Source of the DNA: an uncultured Desulfosarcina sp. | Lineage (GTDB): Bacteria; Desulfobacterota; Desulfobacteria; Desulfobacterales; Desulfosarcinaceae | DNA length: 64,000 bases | Direction of reading: 5' to 3' | Assembly: GCA_963674945.2 (NCBI GenBank) | Contig: CAXXWQ010000003.1 | Span: forward strand, 992,001 to 1,056,000 | Shown: positions 9,373-19,460 of the stretch, one piece after another | Position numbering within the stretch: position 1 is the first letter of the stretch | Layout of the letters: the number at the start of each line of letters is the position of its first letter | Made by a program: the position numbers and the translations under genes | Notes under the pieces: generated by a model | The model's input: only the letters and a program-made list of their open reading frames with translations | Told to the model about the DNA's origin: nothing | The model's database searches: none

Positions 9373-11271
9373 CTATTCCACGATCACTGCGTCGAATTTG
9401 CAGGAGTCCAGGCACATCCCGCAGCGAATACACTGTGCTGCATCGATGCTGTGGGGTTTCTTTTTCTCTCCGGTAATACACTGTGTGGGACAGCCCCTCT
9501 TGCATGTCCCGCAACCGGTGCAGGCATCCGGGTCGATCCGGTAGGTGATCAGGTCTTTGCAGACGCCCGCCGGACACTTGTGCTCCTGGATGTGGGCCTC
9601 GTATTCTTTCCGAAAGTACCGGAGTGTGGTCAGAACGGGGTTGGGGGCGCTACCGCCCAGGGCGCACAGGGACCCGTCCTGAACCGCACGGGCCAGGCTC
9701 TCCAGATCGGCGATATCTTCCACAGTCCCCTTGCCTGCTGCAAACTCATCAAGGAACTGAAGCATGGATTTGAGTCCAAGCCGGCACGGCAGGCATTTTC
9801 CACAGGACTCATCTTCCAGAAAACGAAGGAAATACCGTGCGATATCCACCACACAGTCCTTATCATCCATCACGATCATACCGCCCGACCCCATCATGGA
9901 TCCGGCTTTGGTGAGGGAATCGAAATCAACGGGTGTCTTGGCCAATTCATGGGGAATACAGCCTCCCGAAGGCCCACCGGTCTGGACTGCCTTGAAGTGA
10001 TCCTGATCCGGCACCCCGCCACCAATTTTTTCGACCAGATCCTCCAACGGCATTCCCATGGGTACTTCGACCAGGCCCACATTGTTCACCTTTCCCACCA
10101 GGGAGAAAACTTTGGTACCGGTGCTGGTGGGCACGCCCAGCTTTTTGTACCAGGCCGATCCGTTTTCAATGATGAGCGGGATGTTGCACCAGGTCTCCAC
10201 GTTGTTCAGGACTGTTGGTTTTCCCCAGAGACCTTCCTCTGCGGAGCGAACATACTTTGGCCTGGGTTCGCCCGCCCTCCCCTCGATGGAGGTGAACAGC
10301 GCCGTGGATTCACCGCAGACGAATGCACCGGCCCCCCGGTTGATCTGGACATCAAACGAGAACCCGCTGCCCAGGATATTCTCTCCCAGCAAACCCAGTT
10401 CCCTTGCCTGATCCATGGCGATGGTCAGGTGTTCGATGGCAAGGGGGTACTCGGCACGGATGTACATGAAACCCTGTTTGGATCCCAAGGCATAGGCGCC
10501 GATGATCAGTCCTTCCAGCATCGCATGGGGATCGCCTTCCATCAGCGTTCGGTCCATAAAAGCGCCCGGGTCACCCTCGTCGCCGTTGACCACGACATAG
10601 ACGGTTTCGTTTTTCCGCTGGGCCGCGTCGATGGCGGTCTGCCATTTCCGGCCCGTGGGGAATCCGGCCCCGCCACGGCCCCGAAGTCCGGAGGCCGTCA
10701 CCTCCGAAACCACCTTTTCCGGCTTCATGGAAACCAGTGTCTTGGCAAGCCCCTTGTAAGCGCCGGCCGCAATGCTGTCCCGGATATCCCTGGGATCGAT
10801 ATGGCCGATATGCCGCATCACGATTCGTTGCTGGTGCTTGTAGAAGGGGATTTCCCCATGGTGGGTGATGGGCTCTCCCGTTTTGGGGTCCCGATAGAGC
10901 AATCGCTCCACGGGTTTTCCTTCCACAAGCGTCGACTGAACGATTTCTTGGGCATCTTTCGGTTTGACCTGTTGATAAAAGATACCGGCCGGTTCCATGA
11001 TGACCAGAGGTCCACGGGAGCAAAACCCATGGCATCCCGTGGCCTTGATCTGGGGAATTACCGCAGCGTCGATATTTGCCGCCGCGATCGCCGCATCCAG
11101 GGCTTCGGCCACCTTCGGGCTTCCGTTGGCGCGGCAGCCGGTGCCGTGACATACAATGATGCGGGGCCTCTCCGGGTCCCTCTCCTTCATCAGTTGTTCC
11201 CGGAAGCTCTCCAGCGCTTCCACCGATTCGAGGCGTTCGCCACGAACTTCCGCCGTACTGACTTGAGCCAT
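9373..11271 (-). CDS. NuoF/HydB-like FMN- and NADH-binding subunit
   Basis: GLRGRGGAGFPTG, NGDEGDPGAFMDR, GAGAFVCGE, ESCGKCLPCR; N-terminal [2Fe-2S] and C-terminal 2x[4Fe-4S]. Confidence 0.95.
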   Translation of the reverse strand: MAQVSTAEVRGERLESVEALESFREQLMKERDPERPRIIVCHGTGCRANGSPKVAEALDAAIAAANIDAAVIPQIKATGCHGFCSRGPLVIMEPAGIFYQQVKPKDAQEIVQSTLVEGKPVERLLYRDPKTGEPITHHGEIPFYKHQQRIVMRHIGHIDPRDIRDSIAAGAYKGLAKTLVSMKPEKVVSEVTASGLRGRGGAGFPTGRKWQTAIDAAQRKNETVYVVVNGDEGDPGAFMDRTLMEGDPHAMLEGLIIGAYALGSKQGFMYIRAEYPLAIEHLTIAMDQARELGLLGENILGSGFSFDVQINRGAGAFVCGESTALFTSIEGRAGEPRPKYVRSAEEGLWGKPTVLNNVETWCNIPLIIENGSAWYKKLGVPTSTGTKVFSLVGKVNNVGLVEVPMGMPLEDLVEKIGGGVPDQDHFKAVQTGGPSGGCIPHELAKTPVDFDSLTKAGSMMGSGGMIVMDDKDCVVDIARYFLRFLEDESCGKCLPCRLGLKSMLQFLDEFAAGKGTVEDIADLESLARAVQDGSLCALGGSAPNPVLTTLRYFRKEYEAHIQEHKCPAGVCKDLITYRIDPDACTGCGTCKRGCPTQCITGEKKKPHSIDAAQCIRCGMCLDSCKFDAVIVE

Positions 11272-11281
11272 TTCTTCCTCC

Positions 11282-11755
11282 TTACTCCGCGGAAAGCTTA
11301 TCGATAACCTTGTTCAACTTCCGGGACGTGACTTGGGACTGGTAGTCCTCATCCACCACCGCCACAGGGGCGAGGGCGCAGGCCCCCAGACAGTTGACCG
11401 TATCCAGGGTAAACTTGAGATCCTCCGTCGTCTCCCCGGGTCTAATGCCAAGTTCCCGGGAAAGATTGTCAACCAGACGCTGGCCGCCCTTGAGATGGCA
11501 TGCGGTGCCAAGGCAAACCTTGATTTCGTGCTCTCCCCTCGGTTCCAGACTGAATGACTTGTAGAAGGTGGCCACGGCCCACGCCTGGGTAACCGGAACA
11601 CCGACGTGATCACAGACCAGGGTCATGTTCTCCTTCGAAATGTAGTTGTACTCTGCCTGCACATCCTGCAGCAAAGCGATGAGATACCGCGATTCACCCG
11701 GGTAACTCTCAAGAATCGTGTCAATATCCTTGGCTTCTGGTTTCACGTCTTTCAT
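11282..11755 (-). CDS. NuoE/HydC-like [2Fe-2S] subunit
   Basis: VATFY, VCLGTACH and CLGACALAP motifs. Confidence 0.95.
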   Translation of the reverse strand: MKDVKPEAKDIDTILESYPGESRYLIALLQDVQAEYNYISKENMTLVCDHVGVPVTQAWAVATFYKSFSLEPRGEHEIKVCLGTACHLKGGQRLVDNLSRELGIRPGETTEDLKFTLDTVNCLGACALAPVAVVDEDYQSQVTSRKLNKVIDKLSAE

Positions 11756-11820
11756 CCTTTCTCATGGAAGGGTGGTTTCACGAAGGGGCGCCGGCCCCGA
11801 ACCGTTTCTGAACCATAGTA

Positions 11821-11840
11821 TGGGCAAAATGCATGCCTCA
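11821..11840 (-). promoter_or_regulatory. sigma-54 (-24/-12) promoter of the nuoE-like operon
   Basis: Minus strand TGAGGCATGCATTTTGCCCA gives GG-N10-GC about 70 bp upstream of the ATG; a bEBP gene is adjacent. Confidence 0.7.
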
Positions 11841-11902
11841 TTCTTAACATGTTGTTTTAAAATGGTTTTTCTATTTTTCCACAGCCCGCTGTTTACAAAA
11901 TC

Positions 11903-12128
11903 TGTTTCACACCTGAAACATTTCATTTCGCATCTTAGTCCTATTATCTTGATTTTAAAGGATATAAATCCATTTCAAGATAAGGATGTTTCAATTAAAC
12001 AAAAAATCGAACCTGAAACATCAAAACCGGAAAAATGAAACAAAAATATCGAAAAAAGAAACAACGGATGTGTTTCGGCTGGTGAATTATCTCGAAAGGA
12101 TGTGGTTGGCTGGTTTACATTGAAACAA
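11903..12128. promoter_or_regulatory. Cluster of TGTTTCA/TGAAACA half-sites, candidate enhancer (UAS)
   Basis: Palindrome TGTTTCA-cacc-TGAAACA at 11903-11920 plus several further TGAAACA / TGTTTC copies up to about 12128. Confidence 0.55.
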
Positions 12129-12139
12129 AAAAGATAGGA

Positions 12140-13846
12140 TCAAGCAAGACCGTGGGTTTTCATCTTACGCCAGAGGGTGCTTCGGCTGATGCCCAACATG
12201 GCAGCGGCGACGGACCGTCGTCCTTCGGCCTTTTCCAGGGCCCGCTGGACGGTTATTTTTTCGTCTTCCCAGGTATCGGATTTCGCGGATGCGGTCGAGC
12301 CGCTTGGATTGGGAGCACCAAGGCCCTCCAGTCTGGGAATATGAGAGGCGGTGATGATGGGCCCTTTGACAAACACGAAGGCGTGCTCGATGGCATGTTT
12401 CAACTCCCTGACGTTGCCCGGCCAGGGATACCCGCGAAACAGGCGAAGTACCTTTGGATCCACCCCACGGACTTTCTTGCCGGTCTTTTGATTAAATAGA
12501 TTGACAAAATAATCGGTGAGAAGGGAAATGTCCGTCCCCCGTTCCCGCAGGGGGGGGATAAAAATCGGGACTGTGCGTAATCGGTAGTAAAGATCCTCGC
12601 GAAACCGTCCCCTTTTCACCTCTTTCGCCAGGCTCTTGTTCGTTGCCACGATGATGCGTGAATCCATGCGGATCGGCCGGTTCCCTCCCACCCGTTCGAA
12701 CACGCGTTCTTCAAGGACACGCAGCAGCTTTATCTGAATCTCCGGCTTGATTTCACCCACCTCATCGAGAAACAGGGTTCCCCCCTTGGCCAGTTCAAAT
12801 CGGCCGACCTTGTTGTTCAACGCACCGGTAAAGGCGGCCTTAACATGGCCAAAAAGCTCGGATTCGAGAAGGGTCTCGGCCAGGGCGCTGCAGTTGACCG
12901 CCACGAAAGGACTCGAGGGCCGAGAGCCTTGCGCGTGAATGGCCTTTGCCACCAGCTCCTTTCCCGTGCCCGATTCCCCCTCGATCAGCACCGTGGCATC
13001 GGATGCGGCCAAATCCGGAATCATGTTCAAGACCTTGACGAGAATGGGACTTCGGCCGATGATCTGTCCCGGACGGTTGTCAAAAGTGATCCCCTCGGAT
13101 TCGGATGGACCGAGCTGGGCGATGGGTCGAAAGCTCTCAACCGCCCCCATCACGAGCCCGTGCTTATTTTCGATGACCGACGTGTTCACCAGAATGGACT
13201 GCGCCGTTCCCCCTTTGTTCACGATGCGCACATCCTGATCCATGGTCACTACGCCGGTCTCCATGGTCACCCGTAAGGGGCAGTTACTCTTGCATAGATC
13301 GCTGCGGAAGATGTCCCAGCAGTTTCGGCCCAACACCTCCTCGGGTCGAAATCCCGTGATCTCCTGGGCCCTTCGGTTAAAAGACATGATCCGCCATCGG
13401 GTATTGATGGTAAAGACCCCTTCCGCCAGATGCTCGAACAGGGCATCATTCTCCCAGACAGGGTACATCAGCCTTTCCGGCTTATCCGGTTTGGATGGCA
13501 CCGTATCGATAAAGGTCAAAAGGACCCCGATCAATCGGTCCTCCCCATAGACGGGATTCATTGAAAACGTGATGGAAACCGGAAACCCGGAGTTCAGATG
13601 AACCTGTGCCGTCAGATTCGACCGAGAGTGTCCCTTAAGGGCATCGTTCCAGGCCTGTTTTGCATCCGCACGGCAATCCTCGGAAATGATCTCATCGAAA
13701 AGGAAAGGACGGCCCCGATCGAGGCTTCGCTGAAGCAGGCGCTCCGCCTGGAGGTTGGCCGACATAATCCGGCAATCAGGAGAGAGCACGACCACCCCGT
13801 CCCCTTCCGGAAAATCATTATAATCGATCCTCTCGATGTCTGTCAC
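12140..13846 (-). CDS. PAS-PAS sigma-54-dependent activator (bEBP, Fis HTH)
   Basis: [33 protein letters not shown] and [11 protein letters not shown] motifs. Start uncertain (GTG 13846 or ATG 13903). Confidence 0.93.
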   Translation of the reverse strand: MTDIERIDYNDFPEGDGVVVLSPDCRIMSANLQAERLLQRSLDRGRPFLFDEIISEDCRADAKQAWNDALKGHSRSNLTAQVHLNSGFPVSITFSMNPVYGEDRLIGVLLTFIDTVPSKPDKPERLMYPVWENDALFEHLAEGVFTINTRWRIMSFNRRAQEITGFRPEEVLGRNCWDIFRSDLCKSNCPLRVTMETGVVTMDQDVRIVNKGGTAQSILVNTSVIENKHGLVMGAVESFRPIAQLGPSESEGITFDNRPGQIIGRSPILVKVLNMIPDLAASDATVLIEGESGTGKELVAKAIHAQGSRPSSPFVAVNCSALAETLLESELFGHVKAAFTGALNNKVGRFELAKGGTLFLDEVGEIKPEIQIKLLRVLEERVFERVGGNRPIRMDSRIIVATNKSLAKEVKRGRFREDLYYRLRTVPIFIPPLRERGTDISLLTDYFVNLFNQKTGKKVRGVDPKVLRLFRGYPWPGNVRELKHAIEHAFVFVKGPIITASHIPRLEGLGAPNPSGSTASAKSDTWEDEKITVQRALEKAEGRRSVAAAMLGISRSTLWRKMKTHGLA

Positions 13847-13862
13847 TCGACCTTCTGCCTTA

Positions 13863-14135
13863 TCAGTTTCCAAGTTTGATTCCCCGAGTCTGGAAGTCAC
13901 CATCCGTGAGCAGCGATGAAATATTCCAGCATAGCCGCCGGACAACGGATGAATCCAGGCCGGCTTCCAAGACTTTGTTGCCTTCTTTGTACCCTCTTTT
14001 CTCAGCCAGTCGCACCATGGCCTTCAGATCTTCCAGGGCCTTATCATCTTTTTCTTTCATGCCCTGATCATAAAGAAGGCAGAGGGTATTCACCCGGACG
14101 ACGGAACATCTCCTGCAAAACTTATCCTCTTCCAT
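13863..14135 (-). CDS. Small hypothetical protein with CxxC
   Basis: 90-aa ORF directly upstream of the bEBP on the same strand; protein-like composition. Confidence 0.55.
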   Translation of the reverse strand: MEEDKFCRRCSVVRVNTLCLLYDQGMKEKDDKALEDLKAMVRLAEKRGYKEGNKVLEAGLDSSVVRRLCWNISSLLTDGDFQTRGIKLGN

Positions 14136-14516
14136 TCAAAATCATTCCCCTTCGTATGATCGGTTGCTGTAATCTCTTTCTGCCCATCTGTCACCGGGAT
14201 GGGGCGCAAACCGCAAAACACTGCAAAGGGTGCAGTGGCCGTTTGTTTTAAACAAGCATTAACAATCTTTTAAAGGGATGTAAACGAGAATCAAAATCCG
14301 AACAAACGCAAACCATTGACATATCAGAATCGACGACCGAAGAGCCCCGGGAAAGCCGTGCTATCTGATGATGGGCAATCCGACGACGATTTGGTCGGAA
14401 ATGCGTATTGACTGCCATGGAGAATCTGCCCTACAATTTCGATGTGGGTTATAGATCGATATCTACAACAGAAGGTCGTCATCCCCTGTATCAATTGTAT
14501 AAAAAGGAGATAAAAA

Positions 14517-14753
14517 TTGAAAAAAAGAGTGATATGGTTTGCTGCAGCGCTGTTCATATTCAGCTCCCTGCTCTCCTCCTGTACAAAGAGTGACACCGAT
14601 GAAACAGAAAAGGGAGCGATTGACAGGATGACCGAAGAGGCCGGAAAAGAGATGGCGGACAGAATTACAGACCCGATTGAAAAAGCCCGTAACGCGAAAG
14701 AACTGACGGAGAAGCATAACCGCGACACGGAAAAAGACCTAAAAACAGAGTGA
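14517..14753 (+). CDS. Small lipoprotein
   Basis: AAGGAG RBS, TTG start, LSSC lipobox, charged helical tail. Confidence 0.75.
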   Translation: MKKRVIWFAAALFIFSSLLSSCTKSDTDETEKGAIDRMTEEAGKEMADRITDPIEKARNAKELTEKHNRDTEKDLKTE

Positions 14754-14856
14754 CCGGTTAAAATTGTTACGATATTTTTATAGACGCTGTGTATACTTCA
14801 TTCTGCTGCCATTATGACTCGCATAAAAAACCTACGACAAACAGCTTCATGAAAAA

Positions 14857-14999
14857 GTCTGTCCAGAAATAGGCAAATTGGGTTGAGATCAAGGCGCGCG
14901 AAAAATCTTACCGGAGGTGCCCGAAGGAAATGCCCCTGGGGTGCATATGGTTGATATTCCGAGGATAAAATTTTTCGCGCAACAAAGATATCGGCCCAA
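14857..14999. repeat. Palindromic intergenic element (MITE/REP-like)
   Basis: Nested inverted repeats TTGGGTTGAGATC/GATATCGGCCCAA and GCGCGAAAAAT/ATTTTTCGCGC. The left end recurs at 43443-43469. Confidence 0.6.
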
Positions 15000-15035
15000 G
15001 CTACAATTGAACTGGCCTTTTCCGGGTGAGCACTG

Positions 15036-15150
15036 TTTAACTTTTACCACGTCATCGGGTCTCCAGGTCTGGTCGAAGAATTCAACGCCGGTACCGTACA
15101 GGCGAATACAAACGACGAAATTCCGACCTTCGACAGACTGTATCCAATTC
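15036..15150 (-). pseudogene. C-terminal remnant of a DUF1254/DUF1214 protein
   Basis: Reads NWIQSVEGRNFVVCIRLYGTGVEFFDQTWRPDDVVKVK, matching the NWI...RLYG...W terminal pattern. No start codon; begins just after the sulfatase stop. Confidence 0.65.
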
Positions 15151-15169
15151 GTACGTTTTGATTGGACTG

Positions 15170-17593
15170 CTACTCAGCCAAAGCGGCCTTTGCTCTGCCT
15201 TCACGATATTTCTTGAGTTGTTTCTCCGTGAGCTTTTCTTCCGTGATAGTCATGGTCACCTTCTCCAGCTTGCCGGTGAAGGTGAACGGCACATGATAAT
15301 CCTCGCTGATGGGAGTACCGGTATCCTCACCGATATCCAGGGTCTCGTCCAGGGACATGCGGAAGGCGATGGTTTTCGGCAGCTTTTCACTGGCCACGAT
15401 CTTCCCGTCTACCGTCAGCGTTGCCTTTCCGCCCTTGCCGACGCCTCCGCCGTCGTAAACGAAATCTATCGTGATGACGTGCTTGCCGGGCGTTAGCTTG
15501 TCGTTGCCTTTTACCGTATAACGCTCGACACCGCACAGGTTGTAGTGGAAGACCGGACAGTTATCGAGGAGATACAGCCCGAGTCCCGCAAAACGACCGC
15601 CCTGGGTCATGAGCACACCCTCGGCGCCACCCTCGGGAATCTCCACCACGGCACTGATGCCGAAGGATTTGTTTTTCAGATCTGGCGCCGCGCCTTCGGG
15701 GATGCGGATCATGCCGTCGTAATAGGTGAATTCGTTCAGACCGCGGATATTGCTCGGGCGGTTTTTGACGTCAAGCCGCTCGACCTTGGAGTTGTCCAGC
15801 GGCAGAACATTGTATTTGACCGCTTCGATATAGAAAAGCCGCTGGAGCTCGCGGAGTTTATCGGGGTATTTTTCGGCCAGGTTCTGTGACTCTGAGAAGT
15901 CTTTTTCGATGTTGTAGAGCTCCCATTCATAGCCGTCTATCGGATCCACCGCCTCGGCGATGCTCACCCACGGAGGAGTCGTGGGCGTGGTCGTGGCGAT
16001 CCACCCGTTGTCGTAGATCGCCCGGTTGGCAAACATCTCAAAATACTGGATGGTGTGCCGTGAAGGTGCTTTTGCATCGTCGAAGGCATAGACCATGCTT
16101 ACCCCCTCGATGGGTGCCTGCCCCACCCCGTTAAACAGGGTCGGCGCTTCGACACCTGTTGCTTCGAGGATGGTGGGCAGTATGTCGATCACGTGGTGGA
16201 ACTGGCTTCGTATTTCCCCCCTGGCTTTGATGCCTTTTGGCCAGGAGATTGCGAGGCCGTTTCGTGTGCCGCCAAAATGCGAGGCGATCTGCTTGGTCCA
16301 CTGGAACGGCGTGTCCATGGCATGGGCCCAGCCAATGGGATAATGGTTGAAGGTCATGGGCCCGCCGATTTCGTCCATCCGGCGAAGCAGCTCGGAAAAG
16401 TCCTCCGGTACTGCATTGAAAAAGGTCATCTCGTTGAGCAAACCCTGGGGGCTGCCCTCGGCGGAGGCGCCATTGTCTCCCTGGATGTAAATAATGAGGG
16501 TGTTGTCAAGCTCACCAAGCTCTTCGATGGAATCGATGACACGACCGATCTGGTAGTCTGCGTGGGACAGCGCACCGGCATACACCTCCATCATTCGCGC
16601 GAAGACCTTCTTCTGGTCGACATTCAGGGTGTCCCAGGCTTCGATTCCCGGTGATCGAACCGTGAGTTTCGTATCGGGAGGGACAATGCCCATTTTTTTC
16701 TGCCTGGCGATGGTCAGTTCCCGCTGCCTGTCCCAGCCATGGTCGAACTTGCCCTTGTACTTTTCTATCCACTCTTTGGGAGCATGGTGCGGGGCATGGG
16801 CTGTACCCGTAGCATAGTAGACGAGGAACGGTTTCTTCGGTGCTACGGCTTTCTGCATTCTTATCCAGGCAATGGCCCTGTCCGCCATATCCCGGTCGAA
16901 GTTGTAGTTGGGATCGTCGTGTGGAGGCTCGACGGGTCGGGTGTTCTCTACGATCGCCGGGGCCCACTGGCTGGTGTCGCCGCCGACAAAACCGTAGAAA
17001 TACTCAAAGCCCAAACCGGCAGGCCACAAGTCGAAGGGACCACTCTGGCTGGTTTGCCAGTCAGGCACGTTGTGGTTCTTGCCGAACCAGGAGGTGTTGT
17101 ACCCGTTCTGCTTCAGGATATTTCCCATGCCCTTTTTGGATTGCGAGATCAAGGTGTTGTAACCCGGAAAGCCAACGCCGGCCTCCATGATGCATGCGGT
17201 GCCGACGCTGTGGTGGTTGCGGCCGGTGAGCAGCGCGGCCCGTGTGGGAGAGCAGAGCGCGGTGGTGTGAAATTGATTGAACCGCAGGCCGGCATTCGCC
17301 ACCCGGTCCATGGTCGGTGTCGGGATCGGCCCGCCAAAGGTGCTCGATGCCCCGAACCCCACGTCGTCCGTCAGGATCAGAAGAATGTTGGGGGCACCCT
17401 CCGGTGCCTTGACATCTTCGGGGAAGTCCTTGACCGAATCCGAGGGCCGCAGTCCGATCTTCCCCTTGAAGGGCTGATCCGGCATGGGAAGAATGCTGCG
17501 GTTGACCTCCTTGTCTTCTTCTCCTGTTTCTCCAAATGCGAATGCTGGGCTTAATACCAGACACAAAATAAAAAATATTGAAAATTTTCTCAT
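15170..17593 (-). CDS. Cys-type arylsulfatase (exported)
   Basis: Signal peptide; PNILLILTDDVG, LCSPTRAALLTGRN (CxPxR), GKNH, HAPH and GDNG motifs. Confidence 0.95.
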   Translation of the reverse strand: MRKFSIFFILCLVLSPAFAFGETGEEDKEVNRSILPMPDQPFKGKIGLRPSDSVKDFPEDVKAPEGAPNILLILTDDVGFGASSTFGGPIPTPTMDRVANAGLRFNQFHTTALCSPTRAALLTGRNHHSVGTACIMEAGVGFPGYNTLISQSKKGMGNILKQNGYNTSWFGKNHNVPDWQTSQSGPFDLWPAGLGFEYFYGFVGGDTSQWAPAIVENTRPVEPPHDDPNYNFDRDMADRAIAWIRMQKAVAPKKPFLVYYATGTAHAPHHAPKEWIEKYKGKFDHGWDRQRELTIARQKKMGIVPPDTKLTVRSPGIEAWDTLNVDQKKVFARMMEVYAGALSHADYQIGRVIDSIEELGELDNTLIIYIQGDNGASAEGSPQGLLNEMTFFNAVPEDFSELLRRMDEIGGPMTFNHYPIGWAHAMDTPFQWTKQIASHFGGTRNGLAISWPKGIKARGEIRSQFHHVIDILPTILEATGVEAPTLFNGVGQAPIEGVSMVYAFDDAKAPSRHTIQYFEMFANRAIYDNGWIATTTPTTPPWVSIAEAVDPIDGYEWELYNIEKDFSESQNLAEKYPDKLRELQRLFYIEAVKYNVLPLDNSKVERLDVKNRPSNIRGLNEFTYYDGMIRIPEGAAPDLKNKSFGISAVVEIPEGGAEGVLMTQGGRFAGLGLYLLDNCPVFHYNLCGVERYTVKGNDKLTPGKHVITIDFVYDGGGVGKGGKATLTVDGKIVASEKLPKTIAFRMSLDETLDIGEDTGTPISEDYHVPFTFTGKLEKVTMTITEEKLTEKQLKKYREGRAKAALAE

Positions 17594-17768
17594 GGCTCCC
17601 TCCTATATTTTATAAATCGCTACCTGATTTTTTTTATATGATTCACGGAGCACTTGTGTAATTCCCACCAGTCAAGGGCACGAATGAAAGTAATGCCGTT
17701 TGCCTTGATTTTCTGTTCCTGCACGTCCATTATTTTGCTTTTTACGAAGATGACGACAAAGAAGTCAT

Positions 17769-19460
17769 CTATCTGCTCGAAGCCTCCAACATCAATGGCA
17801 GTTCCGCAGGCAAGTTTTCTTTTTGTCGTTCACTGAACGACCGGGTCAATTCCGATAGAGAAATGGGACCCTTCGAACCGTGTACCATTTCGATTCGACT
17901 CCAGGCATAAATGTCCATCGGTTCCCCGAATTTGTGTGTGAGGACATTTTCCAACACTTTTACTTCCTGGGCCGGGTAAACATTCGGTCCGACAATTTCC
18001 AGCAGGAATTGAAACCGGCCGTCCAGACAGGTTGCATTGATATTGACCAATTCATAATCAACATCTTTCGCGAAAGCGGCTTTCAATTCTGCACGTACCT
18101 GCCGGATACGCTCGTGAATTTTCACAGTACCCTGGTTTCCCAGGATCCACCCGTAGCGAATCGTGCCCTCGGAATTTTGAATGGATTTTTGAAAACTGCT
18201 GAAGGCCAGTTCGATGGTCTTTTTCCCCGTCGCATCGCGGATGCGCGTCTCCAATATCGTAATCTCTTCCGGTGACAATTGTCTGATTCCCAGAGCATGC
18301 GCCAACATGATCTTGCGTTGGGCAATGGCGATCGGTTCAACCCTGATCAAATCCAATGCATGATCCGTTGCAAAATACTCGCGAATGATCTGTTCCGATG
18401 TCGCCACGTCGCTAATAACATCATCGTCTATGGCTTTGATGAACGTTCCGTCGAGTTTCGGTTTGAGAACGCGCTTGACCGATCCCGAGGCTGAAACATT
18501 ATTGCTGAGGACACAATGGATGATCAGCTCCGCGGGTTTGCCAAGCTGCTCGGCCAACTGATTTTGCATCGCGGTAACCTGGGTCGTCGTAAATAGCACC
18601 GGAGTATGCACATTGGCCATGACATGAACCGTCTCCCCTTCCGAATAGTTGTGCACATCCCCCAAGTATGTCGCCGGCAGATAGGAAGTTGCTTCGATCA
18701 ACGTGGTTTTGATGGTCTTGGTCAGCCATCGTTCCTGGTAGATCTGCACCAGCGAATGGCCGAGAAAGGCGGCAATCAGCACGAAGGCCACAACCGGCAA
18801 AGTGAAGCGGCGCGCATGGTCGATACGCTTTGCCTGCGCCCCGAACTGTCTGGCCATCCCGCTCAGTATAAATGTTCCCGATGCGACGACCAATATGGAC
18901 AGAAAGTTGGCAAAAAAAAGTAAGAATGAACCGATGCCGCCGCTCACCTCGCCCAGGGCCAGACAGAGACCCGAGTTGGCCAACGGCGGCACGATGGCCG
19001 TTGCAATGGCGACACCCGGCAGCGCAGGGCTGATCTTTTCGTCGACCAGCGCATATGCGCCTGCGAACCCGGCCAGAACGGCGACGAGCAGATCAAACAG
19101 GTTTGGTTGTGTTCGGGAAAGCATCTCGGGGGTAGGCTCGATGTCACCCAACATCGATCCCAGAACAAAACCCATGAATACCGCAGCCACCACGCCGACA
19201 ATCTCTGCTCGCGCAGCTTTCCCAAACAGGACCGTCTCCCCCCTGACCAGCGCCAGAGATATGCCGAAAATGGGGGTCATCAACGGCGCCACCAGCATGG
19301 CACCGATGACCACGGCAGTGCTGTTGGCAATCAGTCCGAAGCTGGCAATCAGGGTCGAGACCGCCACCAGGATGTAGAAACGCAGTGCCGGTTCGGACCC
19401 GTCTGAAATTTCGGCATGAACGATTTTGAAACGTTCCGGTGTAATATTCAGGATCTGCAT
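17769..19460 (-). CDS. DUF389 / TIGR00341 family membrane protein
   Basis: STAVVIGAMLVAPLMTPI, RTQPNLFDL and LPGVAIATAIVPPL motifs. Confidence 0.9.
   Translation of the reverse strand: MQILNITPERFKIVHAEISDGSEPALRFYILVAVSTLIASFGLIANSTAVVIGAMLVAPLMTPIFGISLALVRGETVLFGKAARAEIVGVVAAVFMGFVLGSMLGDIEPTPEMLSRTQPNLFDLLVAVLAGFAGAYALVDEKISPALPGVAIATAIVPPLANSGLCLALGEVSGGIGSFLLFFANFLSILVVASGTFILSGMARQFGAQAKRIDHARRFTLPVVAFVLIAAFLGHSLVQIYQERWLTKTIKTTLIEATSYLPATYLGDVHNYSEGETVHVMANVHTPVLFTTTQVTAMQNQLAEQLGKPAELIIHCVLSNNVSASGSVKRVLKPKLDGTFIKAIDDDVISDVATSEQIIREYFATDHALDLIRVEPIAIAQRKIMLAHALGIRQLSPEEITILETRIRDATGKKTIELAFSSFQKSIQNSEGTIRYGWILGNQGTVKIHERIRQVRAELKAAFAKDVDYELVNINATCLDGRFQFLLEIVGPNVYPAQEVKVLENVLTHKFGEPMDIYAWSRIEMVHGSKGPISLSELTRSFSERQKENLPAELPLMLEASSR

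Noticed and set aside
9451..11307. 618-aa plus-strand ORF, and similar long antisense ORFs (4228-5433, 43808-44707, 54352-55329, 57913-58881, 62444-63691)
   Set aside because: Antisense shadows of well-supported genes; no motifs and no RBS.
6256..11755. Selenocysteine read-through in the HdrA/MvhD or Fe-S genes
   Set aside because: The reading frames are open with Cys at the ligand positions; no in-frame TGA is needed.
14200..14245. GCAAACC-containing hairpins as a possible c-di-GMP-I riboswitch
   Set aside because: The GAAA tetraloop stem and the following GACGCAAAG segment are missing.
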